Origin: Candidatus Cryptobacteroides sp.
GTDB lineage: Bacteria > Bacteroidota > Bacteroidia > Bacteroidales > UBA932
DNA: 64,000 nt
Direction of reading: 5' to 3'
Assembly (NCBI GenBank): GCA_045655825.1
Contig: JAZOPY010000142.1
Location: 9,922 to 73,921 of the forward strand
Shown here: positions 51,020-64,000 of the stretch, one piece after another
Position numbering within the stretch: the stretch's first letter is position 1
Layout: every line of letters begins with the position of its first letter
Program-made: the position numbers and the translations under genes
Notes under the pieces: model-generated
Told to the model about the DNA's origin: nothing
The model's input: the letters and a program-made list of their open reading frames with translations, nothing else
Database searches by the model: none

Positions 51020-52162
51020 ATGATAGATTTAACAGAATTCGAGGGCATAAGTCCGTATAATGACGAAGAAGCATCGGAGGCGCTGAGCAAGTTGGCTGAG
51101 CATCCGGCTGTGGCTATGGTGTCGCAGAAGCTCTTCCCGAACGAAGCTCCTGATTTTCTTAAGAATATATTGAAGCAGATCAAGACTGTAGATCAGTTCC
51201 AGGAGATTGTGATGGCTAAGTTTGTCCGCTGGGCAATTGATACCACTGCTCACAATTTCTCCTATGACGGAATAGCCAATATCGATCCCGATAAGAGATT
51301 CCTCGCTTTGTCAAATCACCGTGATATCATTCTGGACCCTGCGATCACACAGCTTGTTCTATATATGAACGGCATTCCGATGACGGAGATTGCAGTGGGT
51401 GATAATCTCATCACAAGCAAGGAGGTCGAGTATATGATCCGTTCAAACAGAATGATCAAGGTGATCCGCGGTGTGTCTGCCCGTGAGCTCTATCTGTCGT
51501 CTCAGCTTCTTTCTAGATATATCCGTCTGAATATCACCAATAACAGACGTTCTATATGGCTTGCTCAGCGCCAGGGTCGTACAAAGAATGGTTATGACAT
51601 GACAGAGCAAGGTCTGCTCAAGATGCTCGATATGAGCGGAACAGGTGATTTCCAGAAAGACTTCGATGAACTCAACATCATTCCGATGAGCATCTCTTAT
51701 GAAATCGAACCGTGCGACATCCTTAAGGCGCGTGAGACAGTGATTTCGCGTAGTCAGAAGTATGTCAAGGCAGAGGGAGAGGACTGGAACAGCATCATGG
51801 TGGGTATCATGCAGCCTAAAGGTAACATCCACCTCAACATAGGAAAGCCTCTTACATCGGAAGAGATTGCACAGGCATCCCTCTGTGATAAGAACGACCG
51901 CTATCAGTACATACGCACAGCAGTTGACAAGAGAGTGATTGAAGGATACAAACTTTGGCCAAACAACTTCGTGGCGTACGACATGCTGTATTCAACAGAT
52001 AAATATGCTTCTAATTATAACGAAGAAGACAAGGCCAAGTTCATCGGTTACATGGAGCATCAGCTCGGTACAGTGGAGCCGGAGGTCAATAGAGACGAAC
52101 TCAGGGAAGTGTTCTTAGGAATCTACGCCAACCCGGTTCTTGCTAAAGAGGAGTTAGCATAA
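51020..52162 (+). CDS. PlsC-like glycerol/lysophospholipid acyltransferase
   Basis: SNHRDIILD (HxxxxD), AVGDNL, WLAQRQGR. Confidence 0.88.
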   Translation: MIDLTEFEGISPYNDEEASEALSKLAEHPAVAMVSQKLFPNEAPDFLKNILKQIKTVDQFQEIVMAKFVRWAIDTTAHNFSYDGIANIDPDKRFLALSNHRDIILDPAITQLVLYMNGIPMTEIAVGDNLITSKEVEYMIRSNRMIKVIRGVSARELYLSSQLLSRYIRLNITNNRRSIWLAQRQGRTKNGYDMTEQGLLKMLDMSGTGDFQKDFDELNIIPMSISYEIEPCDILKARETVISRSQKYVKAEGEDWNSIMVGIMQPKGNIHLNIGKPLTSEEIAQASLCDKNDRYQYIRTAVDKRVIEGYKLWPNNFVAYDMLYSTDKYASNYNEEDKAKFIGYMEHQLGTVEPEVNRDELREVFLGIYANPVLAKEELA

Positions 52163-52165
52163 TAC

Positions 52166-52198
52166 AAGAAATCCTGCTCACAGAGAGCAGGATTTTTT
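52166..52198. terminator. Bidirectional terminator
   Basis: AAATCCTGCTC-acaga-GAGCAGGATTTTTT. Confidence 0.85.
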
Positions 52199-52207
52199 GT
52201 TTGTACG

Positions 52208-53179
52208 TTATGCATTCATTATAGTGTATGTCATATAGCTGGCAAAGAGGCATAGAAGTATGGCTGCTTCGAAACGATCCAGTTTGTAGCTCTTGAATGT
52301 ATACGCGCTGGTAAACATAAAGATTGCTGCTATCATTACAGCTCCAAGGTCAATAGGAGTCATTGATGCAAATGACATAGGTTGGATCACGGCGCATCCT
52401 CCAAGGATCAGAAGAATATTGAAGATGTTTGATCCGAGCACATTACCCATCGCCATGTCTCCACGTCCTTTAAGTGCGGCAACGATGCTTGTTGCAAGTT
52501 CTGGGAGAGATGTTCCAATAGCCATTATTGTCAATCCGATCAGCTTGGCGGACATACCCAGGCTACTTGCAATTTCAGTTGCAGCATTAACGAAGAGTCG
52601 TCCTCCAAAGACCAGACCTCCCAGACCAAGGATAATCAGGAGTATAGATTTGCCAGTACTCAGAACCTTTATCTCACTTTCATCTTCAGGAGTCTCCTCT
52701 AAGGCAGTTCCTGATGGTTTCTTCAAAAGCTTACGGAAATATAATGCCAGGATGAACAGCATTATGATACCGTCGAGTCTGGTCAATGTGTCAGTTCCTA
52801 CGCCAAAGATTGTGTGCTTCAAGCCCAGGAGAATGAGTAGCCCAGTAACAATAATGTTAAGTGGCAGGTCCCTTTTAAGACTTTCTTTAGTAATAGCTAA
52901 AGGAAAAATCAATGCTGTAACTCCAAGAATCAACATCGTGTTAAAGATATTGGAACCGACAACATTTCCGATCGCCATATCTGCCTTTCCCTGAATCGAT
53001 GAAATCAAACTTACTACGATTTCCGGGGTAGACGTTCCGATACCTACAATGGTGAGACCGATGATGAATTCGCTCATTCCTGTCTTCTTTGCGATGCTTG
53101 ATGCACCGTCTACAAGCCAGTTGGCTCCCATAAGGATGAGCACGAGTCCGGCTGCCAGATAAATAAATTGAAGTGCCAT
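52208..53179 (-). CDS. Calcium/sodium antiporter (YrbG/CaCA family)
   Basis: Two alpha repeats GTSTPE/GTSLPE and GNVVGSN/GNVLGSN. Confidence 0.93.
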   Translation of the reverse strand: MALQFIYLAAGLVLILMGANWLVDGASSIAKKTGMSEFIIGLTIVGIGTSTPEIVVSLISSIQGKADMAIGNVVGSNIFNTMLILGVTALIFPLAITKESLKRDLPLNIIVTGLLILLGLKHTIFGVGTDTLTRLDGIIMLFILALYFRKLLKKPSGTALEETPEDESEIKVLSTGKSILLIILGLGGLVFGGRLFVNAATEIASSLGMSAKLIGLTIMAIGTSLPELATSIVAALKGRGDMAMGNVLGSNIFNILLILGGCAVIQPMSFASMTPIDLGAVMIAAIFMFTSAYTFKSYKLDRFEAAILLCLFASYMTYTIMNA

Positions 53180-53262
53180 TATTATAATGTTAAAACAGGG
53201 TGCGAATTTAGTAAAAAACTCTTAAAATTTTTATATTTGTGTTCCTAACCATGTTAGTCGAT

Positions 53263-54588
53263 ATGAAACGTATACTTCTTATATTGACTGTCTTGATGAC
53301 AGGCATTCTGGCACATGCAAATGATTCCTTGACTGTTTTCTATAGGATTCGCCTTGATCAGGATATAGATCAGGCGGCCCAGAGACTTGTTGTTCTGGGA
53401 CTGGAAAAGGCGGCAAAGGCCGATGCCGATTACGTACTGCTCGATCTGGATACTTATGGTGGTGCAGTTGACGCCGCCGACAGCATCAGGTCGGCTATCC
53501 TGCGTTATGACAGACCTGTTATTGCGTTTGTCAACATGCAGGCTGCATCTGCAGGTGCACTGATCAGCATCGCCTGTGACTCAATATATATGAAGACCGG
53601 CAGTTCGATCGGTGCGGCGACGGTAGTTGACCAGAATGGAGCTGTGATGCCGGATAAGTATCAGTCATTCATGCGTGGAATGATGCGTTCGACAGCAACG
53701 GCAAATGGCCGTGATCCCAAGATCGCCGAGTCAATGGTTTCTGCCGACAGCGTACTCAGCCTGACTCCGCACGAAGCCATCTCAGTAGGGTATTGCGAAG
53801 GCATCTGTGAGAGTGCAGAAGAAGTGGCTCAGCTTGTTTCAGGCGGAGAAGGGTATGTCATCAAGAATATGGAGGATGACATGTCATGGGTCGACAATAT
53901 GATCCAGTTTCTGTTGAATCCACTTCTCCAGAGCATATTCATGATGATGATCATCGGCGGTATCTTTGTGGAGATACGTACTCCAGGTATAGGTCTACCG
54001 CTTCTCACAGCCATCATGGGTGCTGTCCTGTACTTCGCACCTGCCTATATGGGCCATCTGGCGGAACATTGGGAGATCCTTATGTTTGTAATCGGTCTTG
54101 TACTGGTTGCGCTGGAGATATTCGTCATCCCGGGGTTCGGAGTGTGTGGAATATCCGGAATCATTCTTATCGTTGGTTCACTTGCATTGGCGATGGTGGA
54201 TAACGGTGTTTTCCGCGAGATTGACGGCAGCCTGAATCTGCAGCCGCTTATAAAGCCATTGGCGATAGTGGTGACATCTTTTGCGGCCGCTGTCGGAGGT
54301 TCTATGTGGCTGGTCTCAAAACTCTATGCTACAAGATCTTTTGATCATATCGCGTTACGTCAGGAAATGAAGTCTGAGGAAGGCTTTACAGGAGTCGTTT
54401 CAGGACTTGAAGGTCTTGTTGGAACAAGTGTGGTAGTCTTTTCTGATATGCGTCCAGGAGGAAAGGTGCAGTCCGAAGATGGTAAGATACATGAAGCAAC
54501 ATTGAAGTTCGGCGGCTTTGCTGCTAAGGGAACCCGTCTTAAGGTCCTTTCAGCAGAGCAGGGAAGATTATATTGTGAGGCTGAGTAG
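53263..54588 (+). CDS. NfeD-family membrane-bound serine protease (ClpP class)
   Basis: LDTYGG, AASAGALI, DKYQSFMR, EIFVIPGFG, C-terminal OB fold. Confidence 0.9.
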   Translation: MKRILLILTVLMTGILAHANDSLTVFYRIRLDQDIDQAAQRLVVLGLEKAAKADADYVLLDLDTYGGAVDAADSIRSAILRYDRPVIAFVNMQAASAGALISIACDSIYMKTGSSIGAATVVDQNGAVMPDKYQSFMRGMMRSTATANGRDPKIAESMVSADSVLSLTPHEAISVGYCEGICESAEEVAQLVSGGEGYVIKNMEDDMSWVDNMIQFLLNPLLQSIFMMMIIGGIFVEIRTPGIGLPLLTAIMGAVLYFAPAYMGHLAEHWEILMFVIGLVLVALEIFVIPGFGVCGISGIILIVGSLALAMVDNGVFREIDGSLNLQPLIKPLAIVVTSFAAAVGGSMWLVSKLYATRSFDHIALRQEMKSEEGFTGVVSGLEGLVGTSVVVFSDMRPGGKVQSEDGKIHEATLKFGGFAAKGTRLKVLSAEQGRLYCEAE

Positions 54589-54590
54589 TT

Positions 54591-55328
54591 ATGACTGGTT
54601 TCTGGACATTCTTTGCGTTTCCGCTTAACCTGCTGCTGGCAGTCTTTCTTATTGTCTGCCTGGGATGGCTGCGTAAGAATCGTCCGGAATCTGCCTTGAT
54701 CAAGTTCCTGCTTTCTCCTGCAGCAACGATATCAGCCATCATTCTGCTGCTGGAGGCCTGCCTTTGGATCGGTTTCAGCGGTGACCGTACCTTTGTCGAG
54801 TCTGTTGTATTTGTAATAGTGCTGCTGTATATCCAGGTCGTGCTGTTGCTTGTAACTCTACGCGGATGGAAAAGGCCTGATGGAGTGATCAGATGGCGTT
54901 TTCTGCTTCTGCATGCCGGTCTCCTTCTGGCGGTCGGCTCAGGTTTTTGGGGTGCCCCTGATTCTGCCGAGCTGAGATTGGCTCTAAGTCGTGGGGAAGA
55001 AGCGGAAACCGCATATAAAATGAATGGAAGCCTTACCGGTTTGGGGTATAGTGTCAGACTTACAGACTATAAGGTTGAATATTCCGACGAAGGAATGCCG
55101 TCATACTACGAGGCAACGGTCTCGGTTGATGAGGAAGAACCTGCAGTCCTGTCTGTCAATCATCCCCTCAGTGTTGGTTTGGGCGAGGATATTTATCTTG
55201 CAAGCGTATCGGAGGAGTTCTGCATACTGCAGATTGTGCGTGAGCCATGGCGGTATTTTGCATTGGCAGGTATCCTGATGCTGATTGCAGGTGCATTCAT
55301 GTTGTTTATTAAAGGTCCAAGGCGATGA
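54591..55328 (+). CDS. Cytochrome c biogenesis protein (ResB/Ccs1-like)
   Basis: LLHAGL TM His, VNHPL motif; upstream of ccsA. Confidence 0.75.
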   Translation: MTGFWTFFAFPLNLLLAVFLIVCLGWLRKNRPESALIKFLLSPAATISAIILLLEACLWIGFSGDRTFVESVVFVIVLLYIQVVLLLVTLRGWKRPDGVIRWRFLLLHAGLLLAVGSGFWGAPDSAELRLALSRGEEAETAYKMNGSLTGLGYSVRLTDYKVEYSDEGMPSYYEATVSVDEEEPAVLSVNHPLSVGLGEDIYLASVSEEFCILQIVREPWRYFALAGILMLIAGAFMLFIKGPRR

Positions 55329-56092
55329 CAGGGTGGAGTGAATTCATATATTTTGCTGTAGCTTCAGTGGCTTGTGCAGTCGCTGCTTCTGTCCTTGCAT
55401 TCATCTCTCGTCGAAAGGGGGCTGTAACATTTGCTGCTGCATCTGCTGCAGCTCTGGCATGTTTTATCGGCCTTTTATGGGCTTCTTTAGACAGACCGCC
55501 TCTTCGCACTATGGGCGAGACCAGACTCTGGTATTCATTCTTTGCTTCTTTAGCGGGCCTGTTTACATATATCCGTTGGAAATACAAATGGATCCTGTCG
55601 TTCTCTACAGTATTGTCGACTGTGTTTATAATGCTTAATCTGCTTAAGCCTGAGATCCATGACCAGACACTAATGCCTGCTCTCCAGAGTCCGTGGTTCA
55701 TTCCGCATGTGACTGTCTATATGTTTTCATATTCACTCCTGGGGTGCGCATTTCTCATAGCGGTCGTGCGTCTGTTCAAGGATGGGGAGAGTCTGCTGAA
55801 GTCTGCTGATACATTAGTATATATAGGAACTGCATTCCTTACTTTCGGAATGCTCTCGGGAGCTATCTGGGCAAAGTCGGCCTGGGGACACTTCTGGAGT
55901 TGGGATCCTAAGGAAACTTGGGCGTTGATAACCTGGCTTTCTTATCTTTTGTATATTCATCTGAGACTATATAGGAAAGGAACTGATAGAGTTCTCTGTT
56001 TTTTGCTTATATTTGCTTTTGCCTGTCTGCAGATGTGCTGGTGGGGTATAAACTTCCTTCCGTCTGCACAGGATAGTATACATGTATATTAA
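55325..56092 (+). CDS. ccsA: Cytochrome c biogenesis protein CcsA/ResC
   Basis: PALQSPWFIPHV, GAIWAKSAWGHFWSWDPKETW (WWD domain). Confidence 0.93.
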   Translation: MTGWSEFIYFAVASVACAVAASVLAFISRRKGAVTFAAASAAALACFIGLLWASLDRPPLRTMGETRLWYSFFASLAGLFTYIRWKYKWILSFSTVLSTVFIMLNLLKPEIHDQTLMPALQSPWFIPHVTVYMFSYSLLGCAFLIAVVRLFKDGESLLKSADTLVYIGTAFLTFGMLSGAIWAKSAWGHFWSWDPKETWALITWLSYLLYIHLRLYRKGTDRVLCFLLIFAFACLQMCWWGINFLPSAQDSIHVY

Positions 56093-56095
56093 TTC

Positions 56096-59684
<3,589 letters not shown>

Positions 59685-59693
59685 TGATAGTAG

Positions 59694-59919
59694 ACCTAAG
59701 GCGGCAGACTTTCTTTTGCTTGGCTTCGTCGGAACAAGTTCCGACTTCGTCCCTCCCACGACCTCGTCGCGGGCCCCTCCCTCTAACAAGGCCGAGGGTG
59801 GCCATGCCAGCAAAAAGAAAGTCTGCCGCCTTTGGGTAGCACGCTTTTCAACCAGACCCGTTTCCGGGTATCTATATGGTGTGTACGCCCAAGGCCGAGG
59901 GTGGCCATGCCAGCAAAAA
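59694..59919. repeat. Modular intergenic palindrome, copy C, plus partial copies
   Basis: About 30-bp outer arms enclosing three hairpins; 30-bp direct repeat at 59787-59816 and 59890-59919; 19-bp identity with copy A. Confidence 0.8.
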
Positions 59920-59933
59920 TAAAACTGTTGGTT

Positions 59934-60329
59934 TTGGGTTATAGACTTAGAACTCAGTTTGGGATAAACTTTGAATTCAGTTGGGATAGACTTTGAGTTT
60001 AGTTTGAGCTGAACCGGATAGATTTGATGTTCTGTCCGGTTCAATGTGTTAATATGGCTGATATGCGGTGTTTTCCAACATTTTCAGTAGCTGAACCGGA
60101 TGAAATGGCTGTTTGGTTCGGTTCAGCAATGCTGAGCTAATGTTGCTAATGTGTGGCTTATTTGGGTAAGGTGGCTGAAGGGCGCAATATTCTGTCCTTT
60201 AGTCATGTTGCCCTTCCCATCATGCACATTTTCCCTTTGTAACATCATCTCCCAATCCAATGTCACAAAGGTCGGCAGGCCAGAGCGTGGTATAGTATCA
60301 GCACCAAAATTACGTGTCACAAAGGTCGG
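59934..60329. repeat. Degenerate tandem repeats, paired hairpins and a 15-bp direct repeat
   Basis: Three ~22-24-bp TGGGATARACTTTGAA-like units; GCTGAACCGGA hairpins at 60010-60043 and 60090-60127; TGTCACAAAGGTCGG at 60261 and 60315. Confidence 0.6.
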
Positions 60330-60401
60330 AAAAACAGAGTATTAAACCCATTACCACCTATCTTTGCTACATCTGGCAGTCGTTCCGTGATGCAAAGGAT
60401 G

Positions 60402-61406
60402 TTATTGATTAAGTTTCATGTCGCCGGGCTTTATCCAGCCGAGTTTTGTGATGAGCATGTTGATGCTCAGGCTCAGGAGGGCTGGGGCGACGAAGTAGAG
60501 GCCAATGATCTTGGCTATGAGGATGGTTGTGGATTCAGCCGTTTCGGCCATGGTGGCATAGGTCGCAAGCGGGCCGACCAGGCCTGCTGTTCCCATTCCT
60601 GCTCCAAGGGCGTTGTTCGTCATGCCCAGGAGCATTGTGGATACGGGACCGAGGATGGCTGCTGTAAGGGTCGGAGCAATCCAGATTGCGGGATTGCGTG
60701 CTATGTTGCCGATCTGCAGCATTGAGGTTCCGAGACCTTGTGAAAGGAGACCGCCGACTCCGTTGTCTTTGTAGCTGATGACGGCAAATCCTATCATCTG
60801 AGCACAGCATCCTGCAGTTGCGGCGCCGGCTGCAAGGCCGTCGATGCCGAGCATCACGCATATGGCTACTGAGCTGATAGGCAGGGTCAGGGCACAGCCG
60901 ACAAGCACTGCCACGGTCACTCCCATGAGGAATGGATTCAGCTGGGTTGCATTGTTGATGACTTCTCCGAGATATTGCATGAAGCCGTTGATAGGCGAGC
61001 AGCAATACCTGGCGAAGAGACCTCCGATTACGATAGTGACCATCGGTGTCAGAATGATGTCAACCGGGGTCTTCTTGGATATGAACATTCCGACTTCGGC
61101 TCCAATGATGACGCTCAGATATGATCCGACAGGACCACCGAACTGGTAGCCGAGAGCGCCGGAAATTGCAGACGAGATGATTACAAGCAGTGCGCACGAC
61201 ATTCCGTGAGCTATAGCCAGTCCGATGCAGGCTCCTATGAGAGGGGAGGTGCTGGATAAGGCTTGGGCGATGAAATCCAGGAAGTCCAGTCCGGGTATCT
61301 TTGCGATCTGGCCTATGATAAGTCCGAGGATCAGTGAGCAGAACAGTCCCATGGCCATGTGGCTCATGGCGTCGACTATATATTTCTTGATAAACTTTTT
61401 CATCAT
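60402..61406 (-). CDS. PfoR-like / PTS IIC-like membrane protein
   Basis: MAMGLFCSLILG, KTPVDIILTP, LPISS, GLGTSMLQ, GAGMGTAGLVGP. Confidence 0.85.
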   Translation of the reverse strand: MMKKFIKKYIVDAMSHMAMGLFCSLILGLIIGQIAKIPGLDFLDFIAQALSSTSPLIGACIGLAIAHGMSCALLVIISSAISGALGYQFGGPVGSYLSVIIGAEVGMFISKKTPVDIILTPMVTIVIGGLFARYCCSPINGFMQYLGEVINNATQLNPFLMGVTVAVLVGCALTLPISSVAICVMLGIDGLAAGAATAGCCAQMIGFAVISYKDNGVGGLLSQGLGTSMLQIGNIARNPAIWIAPTLTAAILGPVSTMLLGMTNNALGAGMGTAGLVGPLATYATMAETAESTTILIAKIIGLYFVAPALLSLSINMLITKLGWIKPGDMKLNQ

Positions 61407-61407
61407 A

Positions 61408-62379
61408 TTAATCCATAGGGTAGGCTACGCCCCATTCTTTTCGTAGAGTATCCATCTGTTTCATTATGCTTAGGGTCTCATCATGAGGCATCATTGGGGA
61501 TTCGATGAGGCCTGCTTCGATGCATCTCTTGCATTCAATCACCTGATATTCATAGCCGTTGATCATGTCTACCGGCTTTGTGTGCTTCTCTACCAGTTCG
61601 TAATTTCTCCAGACTTCGATGGTTTCCGGACAGTTGATGTTGTCGATGCGGATGTAGCCTTCCGTGCCGCTGATGATGCCCTGACGGTCGTTCAGACAGA
61701 GGGCTCCGGACTGGAGGTTGGCCATCTTGCCGTCGGCGTAGCTGAGTGATATCGATTCGTGCATATCCATGCCTGTCGGGCCGAGGTGGCAGTTGCTGAC
61801 TGTCTTGACGATGTCTGTTCCGAAATACATTCTGGCGAAGTTGAGTGCGTAGACTCCAAGGTCCAGCAGAGCGCCTCCGCAGAGGTCTGCTCTTACTATG
61901 CGTTCCTTGTGCTCCATCATGTAGCAGAGAGTCGCTGTCAGGACGCGTGGCTCTCCGATGATGCCGCTTTCCATGATTTCTGTTACTTTGTGAGAGAGCG
62001 GCATGTAACGCGTCCAGATGGCTTCTGTTATGAACAACCCTTTTTCGTGAGCTGTCTGGATAAGCTTTTCTGCCTGAGCTGCATTGGCTGTGAATGCTTT
62101 TTCAACCAGCACATGTTTACCATGCTCTAGAGCAAGCAGGGAGTGTTCGAAATGATGTGAGTGGGGAGTGGCTATGTATACGAGGTCGACTTCCGGGTCT
62201 GAAACCATTTCCTCGTAGCTTCCGTATGCTTTTGATATGCTGAACCTTTGGGCAAATGCCTCTGCCTTGTCGATGGATCTGGAGGCTATTGCATATATTT
62301 CGATGTCTTTCAATGGAGCTACTGCCCTGGACATTTTCTCTGCAATCCATCCAGCTCCGATGATGCCTATCTTGAACAT
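61408..62379 (-). CDS. Gfo/Idh/MocA-family oxidoreductase
   Basis: GIIGAGWIA, YIATPHSHH, EKAF, GGALLDLGVY. Confidence 0.92.
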   Translation of the reverse strand: MFKIGIIGAGWIAEKMSRAVAPLKDIEIYAIASRSIDKAEAFAQRFSISKAYGSYEEMVSDPEVDLVYIATPHSHHFEHSLLALEHGKHVLVEKAFTANAAQAEKLIQTAHEKGLFITEAIWTRYMPLSHKVTEIMESGIIGEPRVLTATLCYMMEHKERIVRADLCGGALLDLGVYALNFARMYFGTDIVKTVSNCHLGPTGMDMHESISLSYADGKMANLQSGALCLNDRQGIISGTEGYIRIDNINCPETIEVWRNYELVEKHTKPVDMINGYEYQVIECKRCIEAGLIESPMMPHDETLSIMKQMDTLRKEWGVAYPMD

Positions 62380-62497
62380 GTTTATCAGTTTTTAGTTTAG
62401 CTGAAACAAACTTACGGATTTTTTCTTTATTTTGAATTCTCCTGTACGAGATTCCGCTGCCTCAGGCTTTATCTATAGAAATATATAGAGATCAAAA

Positions 62498-62563
62498 GCG
62501 TAAATATTACGCAAAATATTTGCAGGTTTGAAAAATATTACTACCTTTGCGTTAAAATTACAC
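62498..62563 (+). promoter_or_regulatory. nrtR promoter flanked by two NrtR-type operators
   Basis: GCGTAAATATTACGC (62498-62512); TTTG-19 nt-TACCTTTG (62519-62549); GCGTTAAAATTACAC (62549-62563). Confidence 0.75.
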
Positions 62564-62566
62564 GAT

Positions 62567-63259
62567 ATGGAGGGGAATTACGTATATAAATATCCACATC
62601 CGGCAGTTACGACAGACTGCGTTATCTTCGGGTATGATCACCGAGATGGACTGTCTGTCTTGTTGGTGAAGAGAGGAATTGAGCCGTTCAAGGATCATTG
62701 GGCTTTTCCTGGCGGATTCATAAAAATGGACGAAGATGCTGAGACCGGTGCACGTAGAGAGCTGAAGGAAGAGACAGGGTTTGAGACTTCCTATGTAGAG
62801 CAGTTCGGCTGCTTCTCTGATGTGAATCGAGATCCACGCGAGAGGGTGATTACTATTGCGTATTATGCTTTGGTCAAGAAAAGCGATGTAAAGGGTGCAG
62901 ACGATGCTGCTGAGGCGCATTGGTTTCCGATTGACAATGTGCCCTCATTGGCTTTTGATCACGACAGAATACTAAGGGTTGCCCTGAAGACTTTAAAAGA
63001 GAAGATTCATTTCATGCCTATCGGTTTTGAGCTTCTGCCGGAAGTCTTTACTATGCCACAGTTGCAGAGTTTATATGAAGCGATACTTGAGGTAAAATTT
63101 GACAGACGTAATTTTGCAAACAAGATGCTTAAGTTAGGAATACTCAATGAGGTTGGGGAGCGTGCTGTGAATGCCGGTCCGAGAATACCTGTAAAGTATT
63201 CTTTCAATTCAGACAAATATTCCGAGTTGAAAAGCAAAGGTTTCAGACTTGAGTTCTAG
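62567..63259 (+). CDS. nrtR: NrtR-family regulator (NUDIX plus winged helix)
   Basis: WAFPGGF, ARRELKEETG, RDPRERV, LAFDH, FTMPQLQ..YE, DRRNF. Confidence 0.9.
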   Translation: MEGNYVYKYPHPAVTTDCVIFGYDHRDGLSVLLVKRGIEPFKDHWAFPGGFIKMDEDAETGARRELKEETGFETSYVEQFGCFSDVNRDPRERVITIAYYALVKKSDVKGADDAAEAHWFPIDNVPSLAFDHDRILRVALKTLKEKIHFMPIGFELLPEVFTMPQLQSLYEAILEVKFDRRNFANKMLKLGILNEVGERAVNAGPRIPVKYSFNSDKYSELKSKGFRLEF

Positions 63260-63314
63260 ATATGATCTTTAACTGGTGCAATGTAGCCAGTTAATTTTTC
63301 ACCAAAATAATATT

Positions 63315-63329
63315 GCGTAAAATTAACAC
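63315..63329 (+). promoter_or_regulatory. Third NrtR-type operator
   Basis: GCGTAAAATTAACAC (GT-N7-AC), 9 nt before the next ATG. Confidence 0.65.
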
Positions 63330-63338
63330 AAAACTATT

Positions 63339-63674
63339 ATGCAAACAAAATTAAGATTCTTTAAGCTGTCAAACAGATGGTATGCCGATGTCCCAGGACA
63401 CACATTGGCAGAGAATGAGATGGTAGCGGGATCAGATGATTTCCTGGATGCCTGCAGTCACGGTAACAGCCAGGTAATCATTGAATTGTCAGACATTCAG
63501 ACCCAGAATGATATCTGTGAACTCACTATGCTCAATCATAATCAGTATGGTGCACAGTATAGTGTCTCGGGACTGGAATTGGGTGTTCCGCAGATATGGA
63601 TCTGTAATGTAACTCATGATGTGATGGGGGAACATCCCAGAAATATTTACATCCAGTCAATAATAATTTCGTAA
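63339..63674 (+). CDS. Small hypothetical protein (DUF6717-like, phage-associated type)
   Basis: RWYADVP...EMVAGSDDFLD motif; family recalled, not searched. Confidence 0.6.
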   Translation: MQTKLRFFKLSNRWYADVPGHTLAENEMVAGSDDFLDACSHGNSQVIIELSDIQTQNDICELTMLNHNQYGAQYSVSGLELGVPQIWICNVTHDVMGEHPRNIYIQSIIIS

Positions 63675-63701
63675 ATTTGAATCATCTTAAACTTAACGTA
63701 T

Positions 63702-64000
63702 ATGAATGAAATCAGATATACTCCTGGTAGGATTACGCACCTTAATGAAAATGAGGTGTTCGTGTTTGGGTCAAATCTTGGCGGCATGCACGGAGGTGGT
63801 GCAGCAAGAACCGCATATGAGAATTTTGGAGCAGTATGGGGCGAAGGAGTAGGACATTTTGGGAAGACATACGCCATCCCGACAATGCAGGGCGGGGTGG
63901 AAACCATCAAGCCTTATGTGGATCAGTTCATTGCCTACGCTGCAGAGCACCCGGAGCTTACATTTTATGTGACGCGTATCGGATGTGGGATTGCCGGTTT
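63702..64000 (+). CDS. Macrodomain-like protein (A1S_2505-like), truncated by window end
   Basis: Manual translation MNEIRYTPGRITHLNENEVFVFGSNLGGMHGGGAAR...YAIPT...FYVTRIGCGIAG. Confidence 0.8.
   Translation, partial: MNEIRYTPGRITHLNENEVFVFGSNLGGMHGGGAARTAYENFGAVWGEGVGHFGKTYAIPTMQGGVETIKPYVDQFIAYAAEHPELTFYVTRIGCGIAG

Noticed and set aside
52293-52994. 233-aa plus ORF
   Set aside because: Antisense shadow of the hydrophobic antiporter gene
60261-60329. Possible mini-CRISPR (15-bp repeat, 39-bp spacer)
   Set aside because: Only two short repeats and no cas genes

Overview
This is a 64 kb chromosomal window from a Bacteroidales anaerobe, probably gut or rumen-associated. The evidence is Bacteroidetes TAnnTTTG promoters, no Shine-Dalgarno motifs, DUF349/DUF3276/DUF5606/DUF2807 genes and a GH10-CE1 xylanase-esterase. 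It is mostly housekeeping: metH (partial), priA, maf, nadE, nusB-yajC-coaE-rimO, rnpB, trmD, yidC, valS, tatAC, rlmB, cinA, pyrD and queA. It also holds a triheme cytochrome c peroxidase with system II maturation genes. I saw no tRNA, rRNA, CRISPR array or transposase. The most interesting signals: (1) an NrtR-type NUDIX regulator with three GT-N7-AC operators controlling itself and a phage-like/macrodomain-like operon that runs off the window end; (2) a family of modular, structurally covarying REP/REPIN-like intergenic palindromes; (3) an array of 16 TGTAA/TTACA motifs next to an XRE regulator; (4) a promoter-to-terminator sRNA candidate downstream of trmD; (5) a steroid 5-alpha-reductase/flavin reductase pair running directly into rnpB; (6) an NAD synthetase whose glutaminase site looks degenerate; (7) an atypical membrane kinase divergent from an orphan tyrosine phosphatase. 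All family assignments are by recognition of motifs, not database searches.
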